Positions 45,208 to 55,881 of a stretch of 64,000 nucleotides of DNA are shown in pieces. Every line of letters begins with the position of its first letter. Positions within the stretch are counted from its first letter, which is position 1. The notes beneath the pieces were generated by a model. The model ran no database searches, was not told the DNA's origin, and saw only the letters and a program-made list of their open reading frames with translations. Position numbers and translations under genes: made by a program. This DNA comes from an uncultured Acidimicrobiia bacterium (GTDB taxonomy: Bacteria > Actinomycetota > Acidimicrobiia > Spongiisociales > UBA5794): contig CAWBYA010000006.1 of assembly GCA_963792895.1 (NCBI GenBank), positions 322,260 to 386,259 of the forward strand. Direction: 5' to 3'.

Positions 45208-46476
45208 GTGTCGTTTGGGTTCCCGCTTCTGGCCGGGTTCACGATTGTCTACGCGCTCTTTGCGCGCCGGCTTTCCACCACCCCCGTGACGGGACCCATG
45301 CTCTTCACGGCGTTCGGCGTCGTCATGGGTTCGAGTGTCATCGGGTTGATCGAGCCTGAGCGGAACCTCGAGGGCGTGCGGCTCCTCCTCGAGGTGACTC
45401 TCGTCATCGTGCTCTTCACCGATGCGTTCGCACTCCACACGTCGCGCTGGCGCGAGGATGCCGTCATCCCGGCTCGTCTCCTCGGCATCGGCCTCCCCCT
45501 GACGATGGTCGCCGGCTGGGCGGTCGCCCTCCTCCTCTTTCCCGACCTGGAGGTGTGGGAAGCCGGCCTGGTGGGCGTGCTGCTCGCTCCCACAGATGCC
45601 GCTCTCGGCCAGGCCGTGGTCGCAAACAAGCGAGTGCCCGAGCGGATCCGCCAGGCGCTCAATGTCGAGAGCGGACTCAACGACGGTTTGGCGCTCCCGG
45701 TGTTCTTCGTCTTCCTCGAAGTGGCGAAGGCGGCCGAGGGATCGGCACGCATGGCCGACATCCTCGTGGAGATCGTCCGCGAGCTCGCCATTGCAGGCGG
45801 CATCGGGATTGCAGTCGGCGTCGCCGGGGCGTTTGTGCTGAAGGCAGCGACGGAACGGCGATGGACGGATTCCGGATGGAGCCAGATCATGCTCGGGGCG
45901 CTGGCATTGGCGGCGTGGGCGACGGCAGACGCTGCGGGTGGCAGCGGCTTCATCGCGGCGTGGGTCGCCGGTGCCGCGTTCGGTCCCATCGCACGCGAGT
46001 CACTACCAAGCGTGCACGACTTCGCCGAGGAGTCTGGCCACCTCCTGTCCCTGCTCAGCATGTTCGTGTTCGGTGCGGTCGCGCTCGGCCCGAAGCTGGG
46101 AGAGCTGACGTGGGCCATCGTTCTGTACGCCGGGCTCAGCCTCACCGCAATACGCATGATCCCGGTGGCGATTGCGATGGGGCGATCGCATCTGGACCGC
46201 CCAACCATCGCCTACCTGGGGTGGTTCGGCCCACGGGGACTGGCATCGATGATCCTCGTCCTGATCGTGATCCAGGAATCCGATCTCGCCGGCGGGACGA
46301 CCATCACCCGTCTCATGGTCGCGACGGTCGGACTGAGTGTCTTCGCTCATGGAGCCACCGCGGCGTGGGGTGCCAACCGCTACGCAGACTGGTGCGAGCG
46401 CCATCCGTCACCTGCAGCCATCCCCGGGAGCCCCCGTAGCTCGACGTTCAGGCTGTCCCGGCGCCTCGGCGGATGA
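45208..46476 (+). CDS. cation:proton antiporter (CPA1/NhaP-type Na+/H+ exchanger)
   Basis: Twelve-TM layout with …LLAPTDAALGQAVVANKRVPERIRQALNVESGLNDGLALPVF… (ESGxNDG motif). Confidence 0.85.
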   Translation: MSFGFPLLAGFTIVYALFARRLSTTPVTGPMLFTAFGVVMGSSVIGLIEPERNLEGVRLLLEVTLVIVLFTDAFALHTSRWREDAVIPARLLGIGLPLTMVAGWAVALLLFPDLEVWEAGLVGVLLAPTDAALGQAVVANKRVPERIRQALNVESGLNDGLALPVFFVFLEVAKAAEGSARMADILVEIVRELAIAGGIGIAVGVAGAFVLKAATERRWTDSGWSQIMLGALALAAWATADAAGGSGFIAAWVAGAAFGPIARESLPSVHDFAEESGHLLSLLSMFVFGAVALGPKLGELTWAIVLYAGLSLTAIRMIPVAIAMGRSHLDRPTIAYLGWFGPRGLASMILVLIVIQESDLAGGTTITRLMVATVGLSVFAHGATAAWGANRYADWCERHPSPAAIPGSPRSSTFRLSRRLGG

Positions 46477-46587
46477 GATCGACGACGCAGGGTCGATCCT
46501 GCGCCGCAGATCGACGGTGGTGAGTGAGCCACCACGATCCTGCCTCCCCAGGACACTCGGTCGCCTCCCACCGCACACCGACGCAGA

Positions 46588-47082
46588 TCAGGCCTCGGGC
46601 CCCGGTGCCAGCTCGTCTCCGCCGAGGGTCGTCGCGAGGATGCGGTCGTAGCCCTCGATCGTGTTGACCACGGCGGCGTACCAGGCATGGTCGACAACGA
46701 CGATGAGCGCCGACCTCCCCGTCTTCAACTCTCCTCCCAGCGCCTCGAGCATCTGGGCATCGATGCTCTGATCCTTGGCCTTGCCTGCCAAGGCACCCGC
46801 TGCCGCCCCCAATGCCGCGCTCGCCAGCACGGACGGCGGGAACACGACGCCGATGACCGTTCCGATCAACGCTCCCCGGGTCGCGCCCTTCTTCGGTGTC
46901 AGCTCGACCCGGTCGGTGATCTCGAGGTGCCCCGAGAACTGGCGCACCATCACGGCGGCGTCGACGAGATCGAGCGTCCCATCGTGGTGGAGCTTCACGA
47001 GGTCGTTGAGCCGAGCCCGCGCCTCGAACGTGTTCGGGTAGACGGCTGCGATCAGCTCGAGGGAGGCTTGGTCGTCTGGCAT
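46588..47082 (-). CDS. DUF1269-like membrane protein (glycine-zipper TM segments)
   Basis: …KKGATRGALIGTVIGVVFPPSVLASAALGAAAGALAGKA… glycine-zipper helices after a soluble N-domain. It lies 28 bp downstream of a PLDc_N/SHOCT gene on the same strand. Confidence 0.6.
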   Translation of the reverse strand: MPDDQASLELIAAVYPNTFEARARLNDLVKLHHDGTLDLVDAAVMVRQFSGHLEITDRVELTPKKGATRGALIGTVIGVVFPPSVLASAALGAAAGALAGKAKDQSIDAQMLEALGGELKTGRSALIVVVDHAWYAAVVNTIEGYDRILATTLGGDELAPGPEA

Positions 47083-47110
47083 GGCGTTCCTTCCTGACTA
47101 CCAGCGCTGC

Positions 47111-47485
47111 TCAGGCCAGGACCTTCGCCTTGTGGGCGGCAAACTCCTCGTCGGAGATGACGCCGGTGTCGCGGAGCTCGGCGAGCTTCGCCAGCTCGTC
47201 GGCCGGCGAGACGCCGGCAACCTGGCGGATGTAGTCCTCAGCCGCCTGCTCCCGCACCGTCGCGTCGGCAACCGACCTTGCGGCCATGCCGGTGCCGTGA
47301 GCGATGATGTAGATGACGACACCCAGCCACGGGAGGAGGATCACGAAGACCGTCCATATCGCCTTCGAGACGCCGCCCATCTCGTGATTGCGGAAGATGT
47401 CCATCACGACCGAGACGACGACCCAGATCCAGGCCAACCACAGGAACAGCATGAGCATCGCCCAGAAGAGATCCAGCAACGGCAT
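47111..47485 (-). CDS. PLDc_N + SHOCT small membrane protein (third paralog)
   Basis: MPLLDLFWAMLMLFLWLAWIWVVVSVVMDIFRNHEMGGVSKAIWTVFVILLPWLGVVIYIIAHG…ELAKLAELRDTGVISDEEFAAHKAKVLA. It is collinear with 13669..14043. Confidence 0.75.
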   Translation of the reverse strand: MPLLDLFWAMLMLFLWLAWIWVVVSVVMDIFRNHEMGGVSKAIWTVFVILLPWLGVVIYIIAHGTGMAARSVADATVREQAAEDYIRQVAGVSPADELAKLAELRDTGVISDEEFAAHKAKVLA

Positions 47486-47628
47486 GCGTCGGCTCACTTT
47501 CTCCGTCGGTGGCGAGCAGGTGCGCCGACCGTGTGGTTCACAACACGAGCCAGGACAATAATGGTCGCAACCTGGGCTCGCCTCCCATCACGGCGGCAAG
47601 CGGGCTGGTTAGCATCCGCGCACATGGC

Positions 47629-48408
47629 ATGCAACGCCCCGCCGATCCCGTGCCATCCTCGTGGCGCAAGAGCGCCAGATCGATCGAGGCTGCGGCGATC
47701 GCGGGGCTGGCGCACGCCGCGCTGCTCACCGCTGCGATCGCTCTCATTCAGACGCAGCCGCCGCTCGATGCGAGCGACGATACGCTGGTCGCCTTCTACA
47801 GTGATGCCGCTGCTCGCGGGCGCATGCTGCTTGCGCTCAATCTGGCACCGATGAGCATCATCGCCTTCCTGTGGTTCATCGGCGTGATCCGCCGCCGCGT
47901 CGGCGCCGCCGAAGACAAGCTCTTCGCAACGGTCTTCCTCGGGAGCGGTCTCGTGTTCGCAGCCGCCGTTCTGGCCGGCTTTGCGGCCGTGGCCGCTCCG
48001 TCGATCGCAGCAAGCGCAATGGACCGCGTTCCCGACGTCGATGCGATTCGCCTCTCGAGATCTCTGGGGAACGCCATCTTGGGAATCGAGGCCCCGCGGC
48101 TCGGGGCGCTGTTCATTCTGGCGACGTCGCGGCTCGGGGCGAGGACGCAAGCCCTTCCCCGCTGGCTCACGACGATCGGGCTGGTGGTCGGCATCCTCAT
48201 GATCCTCATGTTCACGGTCTGGTCACCCGCCCCGTACTTCTTCCCGGCATGGGTCGCCCTTGCCGCGATCGGGCTGCTGACACGACGGCACGATGGGTCC
48301 CTCGGCGGTGCATCGCCGCCGGATGACGAGCCGCGCGACGTCAGTCGAGTGAGCGCCTGGCGAGGAGCATGGCGATGTCCATCACCTCGACGGTGTCGTC
48401 GGCGTTGA
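47629..48408 (+). CDS. hypothetical multi-TM membrane protein
   Basis: Start MQRPADPV…. Five to six hydrophobic helices (…AAIAGLAHAALLTAAIALI…, …LNLAPMSIIAFLWFIGVI…, …LGSGLVFAAAVLAGFAAVAA…). The Arg-rich last 40 aa overlap the convergent Fe-S gene, so the 3' end is suspect. Confidence 0.45.
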   Translation: MQRPADPVPSSWRKSARSIEAAAIAGLAHAALLTAAIALIQTQPPLDASDDTLVAFYSDAAARGRMLLALNLAPMSIIAFLWFIGVIRRRVGAAEDKLFATVFLGSGLVFAAAVLAGFAAVAAPSIAASAMDRVPDVDAIRLSRSLGNAILGIEAPRLGALFILATSRLGARTQALPRWLTTIGLVVGILMILMFTVWSPAPYFFPAWVALAAIGLLTRRHDGSLGGASPPDDEPRDVSRVSAWRGAWRCPSPRRCRRR

Positions 48409-50531
48409 GCTCCTTGACCCCGTCGTCCATCATCACGAAACAGAAGGGGCACCCGGTGGCGACGACGTCTGCGCCGGTGGCGACCGCCTCCTGGCTGCGC
48501 TCGATGTTGACCTTCTTGCCGGTCTGCTCCTCCATCCACATACGACCGCCGCCCGCGCCGCAGCAGAACGACCGGGTGCCGTTGCGCGGCATCTCGACCC
48601 GGCTGCCCGCTGCGTCGATGACTGACCGCGGGGCAACGAACACGTCGTTGTGACGCCCCAGGTAGCACGGGTCGTGGAACGTGACCGTCTGCCCGTTCGC
48701 CTTCGGATTGAGCTTCCCATCCTCGACGAGCTTCATCAGCAGCTCGCTGTGGTGGATGACCTCGTAGTCGCCGCCGAACTGCGGGTACTCGTTGCCCAGG
48801 GTGTTGAAGCAGTGCGGGCACTGGGTGACGATCTTCGTGATGCCCAGCTCGTTGAGCGTTGCGATGTTCTGCAGGGCGAGCCCCTGGAACACGTACTCGT
48901 TCCCGGTACGGCGCGCCGGATCGCCGGTGCAGAGCTCTCGCGGGCCGAGGATGGCGAAATCGACGCCGGCCTGGTGCATACAACCGTGCGGTCGAGAGGG
49001 TGACCTTGAGGTTGCGGTCGTCGAAGGAGCCTGCGCACCCCACCCAGTAGAGGTACTCGGCTTCGACGCCCGGCTCGCCGAGCACCTTGACCGGGAAGTC
49101 GAGCTGGTCGGTCCAGTCGCCCCGGGTGTTCTGGCTCATCCCGTAGACGTTCGACGAGTTCTCCATGCTGACATACGCCTTGCCGAGCTCGGACGGGAAG
49201 TCGGCCTCCATGAGCGAGAGGTACCGCCGCATGTCGAGGATCTTGTCGAGGATCTCGATGTCGACCGGGCAGATCTCGTCGCAGGCGCGACATGAGGTAC
49301 ACGCCCACAGCTCCTCGGCCGTGATGCGCTCGAAGACCGAGTCGGAGGTGACGGTGATCTCGCGATCGACGCCGACCGTCGGCGAGATCGGGCTCGCAGC
49401 CGTTGCCGCCGCCACCTCGCCGAGCTTCAGCACGATCTCGCGTGGGTCGAGCGGCTTGCCGGTGGTGTTGGCGGGACACACCGACGTGCACCGTCCGCAC
49501 ACGGTGCAGGCGTCGGTGTCGAGGAGCTGTTTCCAGGTGAACTCGCCCACAACCGAGGCGCCGACCGTCTCGACGTCCGTCGCCTCCATGAGGTTGGGCA
49601 TCTCCCGCATGGCGCCCTTGGGGCGCTCTCGCGGCGACAGGAACATGTTGGCAGGCGAGGTCACCATGTGACGGAGCTTGGTGGTGGGCAGCACGACGAG
49701 GAACGCGGCGAAGGTGGCGATGTGGGCAACCCACAGCGCCTGGTGGATACCCGAAGCCGAGCCGAGCGGAACGAGATAGCTGAGCGGGTAGCCGACGAAT
49801 GACCACACCTCGAAGTCGGGTCGGCCGACGACGGCGATGCGGGCAGCCTCGACGGCGAGCCCGGTGATCCCGATCAGCGCAAGGGTGATGAGCACCCCGG
49901 CGTCCTCCGGCTTCGTCTTCGACCGGATCCGCCACGGCCGAGTCCCGTAGCGGCGCAGCGCCGCCCAGCCGAGGCCGGCCAGGTAGACGAGTGCGAACAG
50001 GTCGAGGGTGAATGAGTAGCCCTGGTAGAAGCCGCCCTGGAGGAACTTGAGGTTGTTTGGAGCGAGGTGGTCGATCTCGAGCGTCACCGTGCCGAGGAAC
50101 AGGACGATGAAGCCGACGTAGATCGCCGTATGCATGAGGCCTGCAGATCGATCCTCGAGCAGCGTGCGCATCTGGAGGCCGCGGCGCAGCTCGTGGATGC
50201 GGTGCTTCCACAGCTTGGAGCGGTCTTCCCACGCGCCCCGCTGCCAGTTCTTCGCCCGTTGGGAGAAGAAGTAGAACGTGAGGAAGAGGAACGCCGACAC
50301 CACGACGTAGAACCCGGCGACGAAGATCTCGGGGATGTTGCCGAAGACATGGCGGCCGATCTCGAATCTCGGGCTCGTGCGGAACGGTGCCAAGCCACCA
50401 CAACCCCAACGTCGCCACCGCAGAGATCGCACCGAGGCCCAGCAGCAGCCCGGAAACGGTGAAGCGAGGACCGGTGTTGCGTGGCGGTCTCGGTCTCTGG
50501 GCGTCTCTCGAGCCGTGTCCGTCGCCGTCAC
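48341..50531 (-). CDS. membrane-bound (Fe-S)-binding reductase (NarI-like heme-b membrane domain + 4Fe-4S dicluster + two CCG Cys-rich domains; HdrD/GlpC-like), interrupted by a +1 frameshift near 48985
   Basis: GTG start 6 nt after GGAGAAGGAGG. Five TM helices, then CTVCGRCTSVCP and CTSCRACDEICP, then …WVGCAGSFDDRN…. The continuation (…HQAGVDFAILGPRELCTGDPARRTGNEYVFQ…CPHCFNTLGNEYP…DPCYLGRHN…FCCGAGGGRMW…) is in the frame of ORF 48341..48979. The junction sequence gcacggttgTatgcaccag fits a 1-nt insertion. Confidence 0.7.
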
Positions 50532-50595
50532 CGGTCGCCTCCTTCTCCGACTGCCCGGCGAGTGTACCCAACCCGCCGCCGCTGTCCGCTGAAGG

Positions 50596-50636
50596 TCGCG
50601 GGCGTCTCGGGCGTCTGACCTCTGACGTCTGACGTG
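50596..50636. repeat. heptamer array GTCAGAC x3 (read on the minus strand), about 70-100 bp upstream of the Fe-S reductase start
   Basis: Plus strand gggcgtctgacctctgacgtctgacgtg. The same core recurs at 61383-61433 and 56453-56466. Confidence 0.5.
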
Positions 50637-50670
50637 CCAACCTCGCCCCGGTAGCCTCTCGTCCGTGAAC

Positions 50671-50962
50671 ATGCCCGACACTTACGAATCCGTCGTCGAA
50701 CGGCGCATTCGCGAGGCGATCGAGCGCGGTGAGTTCGACGACCTGCCCGGCAGCGGGCAAGCCGCTGCGCGGAGCGGGCGAACCCTATGACGAGATGTGG
50801 TGGGTCAGGGCGTGGATGCACCCGCAACGAAATCGAGACCTCGAGGGCCGGCTCGAAGCCCCGAGCCAGCGGTGGACGGAGACGCCGCACCTTCGCCGGT
50901 CGTCGCGTGCGATCCCCGTCCTCGGGACCGAGACCGTCCGATTCGCTCCCAGATCCCGGTGA
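50671..50962 (+). pseudogene. DUF1992 (DnaJ-like subfamily C member 28 conserved domain) gene remnant, frameshifted
   Basis: Frame 1 reads MPDTYESVVERRIREAIERGEFDDLPGSG then stops. The family continuation GKPLRGAGEPYDEMWWVRAWM… is in the next frame (ORF 50729..50962). An extra G in the run gcgggcaag explains the shift. Confidence 0.5.
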
Positions 50963-51179
50963 ACAACACGCGGCACTCGCTCGACCGAGATCGCGAGACC
51001 GGCAGCACGTACTTCTTCGGCGAAGCTCCTGCAACGCGATCATGCCCGGAGTGGTCGATGCGTCCGAGGCGCTCGAGATTGAGGCAGATCTCCGTCGCGA
51101 CTGGGGTGCTCGGCGAGCTTCTCGTTGAGGGCATCGGCGAGCACCGGTGCGGAGCCGTAGAACAGCACACCTACTGGCG

Positions 51180-52464
51180 TCACCCGCAGCACGGGAGGAT
51201 GGAAGTCGGTGCGGACGACGAGCCGTGAGCCCTCTCGGTAGAGATGGACGAGTGCCGCGAGGCAACACCGATGAGCACGGCGAGGTCGACCCGCGGCGAC
51301 AAGACGAGCGTGGCAGCGAACGTGACCCAGGCGATGACCGACTGCCCCCAGGTCACTCGGATCAGGCGAATCATCTCCGGTAGCCGTACCATCCGCCCCA
51401 CGCCCATGATGACGATCGCCCCCAGCACGGCGCGGGGCAGATCGCTAGCACTCCCGGCAAGCGGAGTGAAGGCCAGCACGGCGAGCCCGGTCACCGCCCC
51501 GCTCCAACGGGTGCGCGCCCCTGCGAGCTTGTTGACTCCGCTGCGGGCGAAGGAGCCGCCGACCGGGTAGCCCCCGGAGAGACCCGCCGCCAGGTTGGCG
51601 ACCCCCTGCGCCACCAGCTCGCGGTTCGGATCCCATCGCTCCCGGTCCTTGGCCGCAAGGGTGCGGGCGACGGCGGTCGGCTCGGCAAACCCGACCGTTG
51701 CGATGATGAGCCCGGGGATGAGGAGCTTGAGGACATCGCCCCAGGGGAGGGATCGAGCGACAGCGGCGGAAACCCGATGTCGATCTCGCCGACGAGGGCT
51801 CGTCGTAGCCGGTGAGCCCACCGACGGCGAGACCGGCGAGCAGCGCGATGAGCACCCCGGGCACGAGCGGGTGGATACGCCCGGCGATGAGGACGATCAC
51901 GGCACCAGGACCCGCTCATCCCCATCGCCTCCCAGTTCCAGGACTCGGGATGAGCCACGACCGCCCACAGCCGGGGCAGGAGGTCGCTGGGAGCATCTTC
52001 GACGCCGAACTACCACGGCCGTCTGGGAGGCGATGATCAACACGACCGCACCGTTGGTGAAATCCAGCACGACCGGGTGCGACATGTAGTGGGTGATGAG
52101 CCCGCCGTGGGCGAGCCCGAGCCCGAGCCGGATCACACCGACGATCACGGCGAGGAGCAAGCGCGAGCCGCACGTACTCGGCGCTCTGCGGCGCCGCAAG
52201 CCCCGAGAGGGCGCCGAACGTGAGCAGCGACGTCATCGCCACCGGACCCGTCTGCAGGTAGCGCGACGAGGCGAAGTACGCCGCCAGCAGCGACGGGAGG
52301 GCCGCCGCGTAGAGGCCGACGTACGACGGCAGGCCTGCGAGTTCGGCGTAGGCCAGACCCTGCGGCACGACGATGAACGCCACGCTGATCCCGGCAACGA
52401 CATCGCCGACCTGGACACGGCGTTGCCGCGGGCGATCTCCGAGCAGCGGCGTGCTGCCGCTCAT
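51180..52464 (-). pseudogene. SulP-family transporter pseudogene (at least three frameshifts, STAS domain missing)
   Basis: SulP-like segments are spread over three frames: 51916..52464 (MSGSTPLLGDRP…GISVAFIVVPQGLAYAELAGLPSYVGLYAAALP…), 51897..52199 (…LAHGGLITHYMSHPVVLDFTNGAVVLIIASQ…) and 51445..51900 / 51180..51821 (…GVANLAAGLSGGYPVGGSFARSGVNKLAGART…). There is no STAS region before the next gene. Confidence 0.7.
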
Positions 52465-52492
52465 CGAGGCACGGCTCGGCGCCGGCCCGGCG

Positions 52493-53621
52493 TCACTTGG
52501 AGAGGGCGCACTCGTTGCGACCCACCTCGAGCTCGACGGCCTCCTCCCGGCTGGGGAGGTGCCAGCCGAGATTCACCTTGCGAATCGTCCCGTAGATCTC
52601 GGGAGCGTCGCCGAGGTGGGCCACGACGTAGCCGACGAACTCGTCCTCGTCGCGCCATCGACACCACCGGGTCGTTGGTGAGAAGGTCGCCGAGCGGGCG
52701 CCGGATCGTGCCGTCTGCGCCCGCTTCCACCCGAGCCGTGTAGTGGGCGGGGCAGACCTCCAGGTCGGGCGAGAGCGGAGCGAGCTTCTGGTGGATCGTC
52801 TGGAACAGGTCGCGAGCCCACGGCTCGGTCTCTCCGCCGAGGTCGGGGCGGCCGACGCCCGACACGAACACGGCGTCCCCGGTCATCAGGAACTTGCCGT
52901 CGACCTCGATGGAAGTGGAGCCGGGCGTGTGTCCCGGTGTTGCGACCGAGCGCACGACGACGTTCATATCACCAAAGATGAACTCCTCACCGTCGCTCAG
53001 CGGCGCGTAGTGAAACGAAGCACCTTCGGCATCGCCGGGCGAGATGTGATAGGCGGCGCCGAGCTCGGCCGCCATCGCAACGCCGAGCGAGATGTGGTCG
53101 GCGTGGAGGTGGGTGTCGAAGACGTCGGTGATCTGGGCGTTCATCTGCTGGGCGATCCTCTCGTACGCCGAGGCGTCCGCAGCAGGATCGATGATCGCCA
53201 TCGTGGCCCCCCGGGATCCCACCGCGTACGAGAGGCATGCCTTGGCGATGCGGTCGAGTTGGAGCACGAACTTCGCACCGTCGTCGTACAGCACGTGGGG
53301 CACGAGCGCCGTGGCCCAAGCGTCCATTCCGCCGGCGAGGTTGTGCATGTTGGGCAACCCAACGGTCTCGACGACGAGGTCGGACGAGTCGCCGTGGGCG
53401 CAGATCACCACGATGTCGCGGTCTGCCGGCACAGCGCTCTTCACCGCGTCCTCGTCGACGATCGCCGTCCAGTACGGGATGTTCACGGTGCGGAGCTCGG
53501 CCTTGCCTTCCACACGCCAGCGCTCGAACTGGTCGGGAGCGCGGACGTCGAGGATGAACGGTGCGGTTGCGGCGTCATCGACGCGACGAGCCAACTCCTC
53601 GGCGGTGATCGCTCCACTCAT
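52493..53621 (-). CDS. rhodanese-domain + MBL-fold metallo-hydrolase fusion (persulfide-dioxygenase/CstB-like), with a 1-nt frameshift near 52660
   Basis: ATG 7 nt after GGGAGG. Rhodanese region …FILDVRAPDQFERW…VVICAHGDSS…; MBL motif THLHADHISLG. The family-typical C-terminus DEDEFVGYVVAHLGDAPEIYGTIRKVNLGWHLPSREEAVELEVGRNECALSK* is in the adjacent frame, whereas the listed ORF continues into an Arg-rich tail. Confidence 0.75.
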
Positions 53622-53834
53622 GTCACATCCCTCCCGACGCATGCACGGATCCGCATAAGAGGGTAGACGAGGCGAGAACCACTCGACAAGAGACCTCCCG
53701 ATCCCCCGATCCGGCGTGGATGGCCCACCAGAAACGGCGCCTGATCCACGCAGGAACGAGCACTTCGGCCCTTGGCCGCATCCGCACGCTGGAGGCAGGA
53801 TCGAGTTGCGAGGCATCTCCCAAAGGAGGGGCCG

Positions 53835-55445
53835 ATGCGTATACACGCATTCTGTGCGATTGCCGCGTGTGTCCTCGTGGCGGCAGCTTGCGCAGAGGCA
53901 GCGCCGGTCGGCGACACGACGACGACCACCCTCAGTGCTGCGACGTCGACGACGATCCGATTGTCGCAGACCACCGGACCGGCCGGCACGACCACCTCGG
54001 CACCGCCCACCACGACACACGCGCCCGACCACGCCATGCCAGAACTCCTCGTTGTCGGCCCCGAAGGCGTGTTCCTCGTGGAGCCGGGCGCGGACCCCGT
54101 CCAACTCGTTGAGGGCAGGGCGGCGACGGCGGTCGACGACGGGCTCGGTGGCCTGCTGTACCAGATCGACGCCGGCCGGGATTGGGAACAGACCGAAGAA
54201 CCGCGGACGACGATCGTGTGGTGGGTGCCTGCCGGATCGGAACGGCCACTCGACCTGCTGGTCCCGGCGAGCGACCAGGACCTGACCCTCGAAGACGCCT
54301 ATGCCGTGGACGGCAGCCTCACGGTCCTGTACCGGCGGTCTGAAGGAGCAGTTTCGTTCGAGATGGTCGACAGTCTCAGGAGCTACGACCGCGCGACCGG
54401 GTCCGTCGCCGAGCTGATGAGAGGCAGCGCGTGGGAGTCCGGCTTCGACATCGGTTCCGTCGGCGGCGGCCTCATCGCCGGCACCTCGTACACACAGGTC
54501 GACGCTTCGTGCTTCCTCCTGAACCTCGACGGCGAAGTCATCTCCTCGCCGGCGAATCCGTCCGTGCCCGGGTGCGAGAGTCCAGGCTGTCCCGACTCAT
54601 GCGTGCTGTCGCCCGATGGCAGCGGACTGGCCCACGTGGAGACACGGTATGTCGAATCGACCAACACCACCACGGCCCATGAAATCGTCGTTTCCGACAT
54701 GGCCACCGGGGAGAAGATCCACACGATCGAGTTCCCGCCTGGCAACGGGCGCATCTCCCTCGACATCGCCGACGACTGGATCCTCGTCAACCGCGCCACC
54801 GGCGAAGAGCCGCTGGCGGCCCTGGTCGTGAACGCTGCGAGCCCGGACATCCCCGCATGGGAGGCGCCCGTCGCCGGCGTTGCCCGGTTCGTGACCGCCC
54901 CCGTCACCGTCCGTCCGGCGCAATTCGCGCTGCGGGGCGACGGCCTCGGAATCGTCGAGCTCGGCCAGCCGATGGCCTCGGCGATGCCCTTGCTCGAGGC
55001 GCGATTCGGAGCGACGTCCGACGAATGGACGTACGACCCGGAGAACTGTCGCGGCGATACCGAACGATGCTGCTCCGCCATGACAGGGTCAGGCTGCGAG
55101 GACTACTTCCGTGCCGTCACTTGGGACGATGTGGGATTGTCGGTGACCTTCGCCGACGACTTCAGATACCCGAGCGACGGCGTACCTCACCTCACGTTCT
55201 GGTCAACCTGGGGAGCCAACGGCAACACGGCAACGCTCGAAAGCGTGTCGATCGGGACCACCGAAGTCGCGCTGCAGGCCGCCTACGGCAACCGGCTCGT
55301 ACGCACGATCGTGGGATGCGGCGACGACGCCCCCGCCTATCGGCTCAACGAGGAGATGCCGATCGTCTTCGAACTCTCGGGCCCGTTCGGCGACCCTGCG
55401 ACGACCGTCACCGGTATGTGGGCGGGCAACCCCGGCTCCTGTTGA
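53835..55445 (+). CDS. secreted lipoprotein of unknown function (about 536 aa)
   Basis: ATG after AAAGGAGGGG. Signal peptide plus lipobox MRIHAFCAIAACVLVAAACAE, a Thr-rich linker, then a Cys-containing globular region (…GCESPGCPDSCVLSPDGSG…, …CRGDTERCCSAMTGSGCEDYF…). Confidence 0.7.
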   Translation: MRIHAFCAIAACVLVAAACAEAAPVGDTTTTTLSAATSTTIRLSQTTGPAGTTTSAPPTTTHAPDHAMPELLVVGPEGVFLVEPGADPVQLVEGRAATAVDDGLGGLLYQIDAGRDWEQTEEPRTTIVWWVPAGSERPLDLLVPASDQDLTLEDAYAVDGSLTVLYRRSEGAVSFEMVDSLRSYDRATGSVAELMRGSAWESGFDIGSVGGGLIAGTSYTQVDASCFLLNLDGEVISSPANPSVPGCESPGCPDSCVLSPDGSGLAHVETRYVESTNTTTAHEIVVSDMATGEKIHTIEFPPGNGRISLDIADDWILVNRATGEEPLAALVVNAASPDIPAWEAPVAGVARFVTAPVTVRPAQFALRGDGLGIVELGQPMASAMPLLEARFGATSDEWTYDPENCRGDTERCCSAMTGSGCEDYFRAVTWDDVGLSVTFADDFRYPSDGVPHLTFWSTWGANGNTATLESVSIGTTEVALQAAYGNRLVRTIVGCGDDAPAYRLNEEMPIVFELSGPFGDPATTVTGMWAGNPGSC

Positions 55446-55457
55446 ACGATCGAAAGG

Positions 55458-55781
55458 TCAGCGGCCGACCGGCTCCGCCACCTGCTCGGCCATGACCTCG
55501 CGCAAGAGATCCATCGCCTCGATGATCTTCGTTGTCGTGACCGAGTAGAAGGCAAACTGGCCATCTTTGCGTGCCCGTACCAGGCCCTTGTCGCGCAGTA
55601 CGGCGAGGTGCTGTGACACGTTCGCCTGCGGCACTCCGAGCTCCTCTACGAGCTCGGTCACCGTCCGCTCCCCGTCACGCAGGGCGTTGATGATCAGGAG
55701 CCGCTTGGGGTCGGCGAGACCCTTGCAGACGCTTGCGTGCAGCTGGATCAGCTCGTCGTGTATCGCACTCATGACGGCCAA
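55458..55781 (-). CDS. ArsR/SmtB-family metalloregulator-type transcriptional repressor
   Basis: Winged-HTH …LADPKRLLIINALRDGERTVTELVEELGVPQANVSQHLAVLRDKGLV…; a single Cys (SVCKGL). It is divergent from the DsrE-like gene. Confidence 0.85.
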   Translation of the reverse strand: MAVMSAIHDELIQLHASVCKGLADPKRLLIINALRDGERTVTELVEELGVPQANVSQHLAVLRDKGLVRARKDGQFAFYSVTTTKIIEAMDLLREVMAEQVAEPVGR

Positions 55782-55861
55782 CTATGGCAGACCCCCCGAC
55801 AGGCGCCAATACGCCGAACTGCTTGACACGGGCAACTACCGCACGCTTAGATTCGCATCCA

Positions 55862-55881
55862 CGCATATTCCTGTATGCGGC
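55862..55881. promoter_or_regulatory. inverted repeat CGCATA-N6-TATGCG in the ArsR / DsrE-like divergent promoter region (coordinates ±2)
   Basis: …cgcatattcctgtatgcg…. A related CGCATGCACGGATCCGCATA element lies upstream of the rhodanese-MBL gene (about 53640-53660). Confidence 0.35.

Noticed and set aside
48736-50760. 674-aa minus ORF whose N-terminal part contains a TM-like stretch (…RFTVSGLLLGLGAISAVATLGLWWLG…)
   Set aside because: No start codon follows the strong GGAGAAGGAGG RBS in this frame, whereas the adjacent frame has RBS+GTG and carries all downstream reductase domains. Kept only as a caveat that the extreme N-terminus of the Fe-S reductase could be mis-framed.
52743-53666. 307-aa + ORF
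   Set aside because: Antisense to the rhodanese-MBL gene.
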